From NCBI GenBank assembly GCA_028821785.1, contig JAPKFC010000001.1, forward strand, positions 7,518-71,517: a stretch of 64,000 nt of DNA, in the 5' to 3' direction. This DNA comes from Candidatus Poseidoniaceae archaeon (lineage in GTDB: Archaea; Thermoplasmatota; Poseidoniia; Poseidoniales; Poseidoniaceae). The notes beneath the pieces were generated by a model. The model saw only the letters and a list, made by a program, of their open reading frames with translations. It was not told the DNA's origin and searched no databases. Shown here one piece after another: positions 63,756-64,000 of the stretch. The translations under genes and the position numbers were made by a program. Each line of letters opens with the position of its first letter. Within the stretch, counting starts at the first letter, position 1.

Positions 63756-64000
63756 ATGAGAGCAGTAATGGCATTTAGTGGAGGAATGGATTCAACTAGT
63801 TTGTTGATGAGATTACTAGCCGATGGTTACACAGTAGATTGCTTATCATATGAATATGGCCAAAAGCATTCCCTCGAATTGGAAAGAGCCAAGCAAAATA
63901 TTGCCTATCTTGCTGAAAACAGTTTCCAGGTCACCCATCAAATCGTTGACTTGAGCAGCGCAATGAACTTATTCCACTCTAGCCTAATAGTTGGCGGAGC
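63756..64000 (+). CDS. queC: 7-cyano-7-deazaguanine synthase QueC (5' part, runs off the window)
   Basis: Not in the ORF track because there is no stop within the window. It reads MRAVMAFSGGMDSTSLLMRLLADGYTVDCLSYEYGQKHSLELERAKQ..., carrying the SGGxDS PP-loop. GAGGTGA lies upstream of the ATG. Confidence 0.85.
   Translation, partial: MRAVMAFSGGMDSTSLLMRLLADGYTVDCLSYEYGQKHSLELERAKQNIAYLAENSFQVTHQIVDLSSAMNLFHSSLIVGG

Noticed and set aside
1-64000. CRISPR arrays, rRNA genes, IS elements, toxin-antitoxin pairs or restriction-modification and other defence systems.
   Set aside because: I saw no regularly spaced direct repeats, no rRNA-like conserved stretches, and no transposase, nuclease, methyltransferase or helicase signatures in any ORF. 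The only tandem repeats are in-frame coding repeats (29646-29753, 49676-49789, 50660-50707). A computational repeat and profile scan would be needed to exclude small or degenerate elements.

Overview
This is a very gene-dense archaeal chromosomal segment with about 60 protein genes and one tRNA. I saw no rRNA, CRISPR array, transposase, integrase or recognisable defence genes. Archaeal hallmark genes run throughout: RFC large subunit, primase PriS, proteasome-activating nucleotidase PAN (C-terminal LYS, matching the HbYX motif), aMBF1, Tsr3, Kae1, SRP54, and archaeal-type GlyRS, ProRS and MetRS. The metabolic content looks like a marine heterotrophic Thermoplasmatota (Marine Group II/Poseidoniales-like) genome; that taxon call is inference only. 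It includes split transketolase plus transaldolase, TrkAH, an OPT peptide transporter, a Ca-type P-ATPase, futalosine-pathway mqnE/A/D and a complete histidine-to-glutamate route (hutH, hutU, hutI plus separate glutamate formiminotransferase and cyclodeaminase genes). It also includes FdhD with a YdeP-type molybdoenzyme, methylmalonyl-CoA mutase and epimerase, a NatAB-like ABC pair and a folE-queE-queC (preQ0/archaeosine) cluster. Packing is extreme: several ATGA stop/start overlaps and three convergent gene pairs with zero spacer. I found no clear multi-gene novel system of the defence-island kind. The parts that most deserve a second look are listed here.
(1) A half-size deoxyhypusine-hydroxylase-like HEAT protein is broken by a frame change in a T4 run.
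(2) A divergent DUF835-like gene and a double-zinc-ribbon / four-EF-hand / 2-TM acidic protein gene, plus a zinc-ribbon acidic protein, lie with tRNA-Val between hutH and hutI.
(3) Methylmalonyl-CoA mutase carries a single in-frame TAG at a conserved Leu position.
(4) An unannotated RHH gene sits behind an 11-bp-phased AGTAATACT operator-like array in front of folE-queE-queC.
(5) A proline-repeat/coiled-coil protein is paired with an RDD membrane protein carrying Lys/Ala-rich tails.
Several start codons were re-chosen relative to the ORF track. All product calls rest on motifs read by eye, not on database searches.
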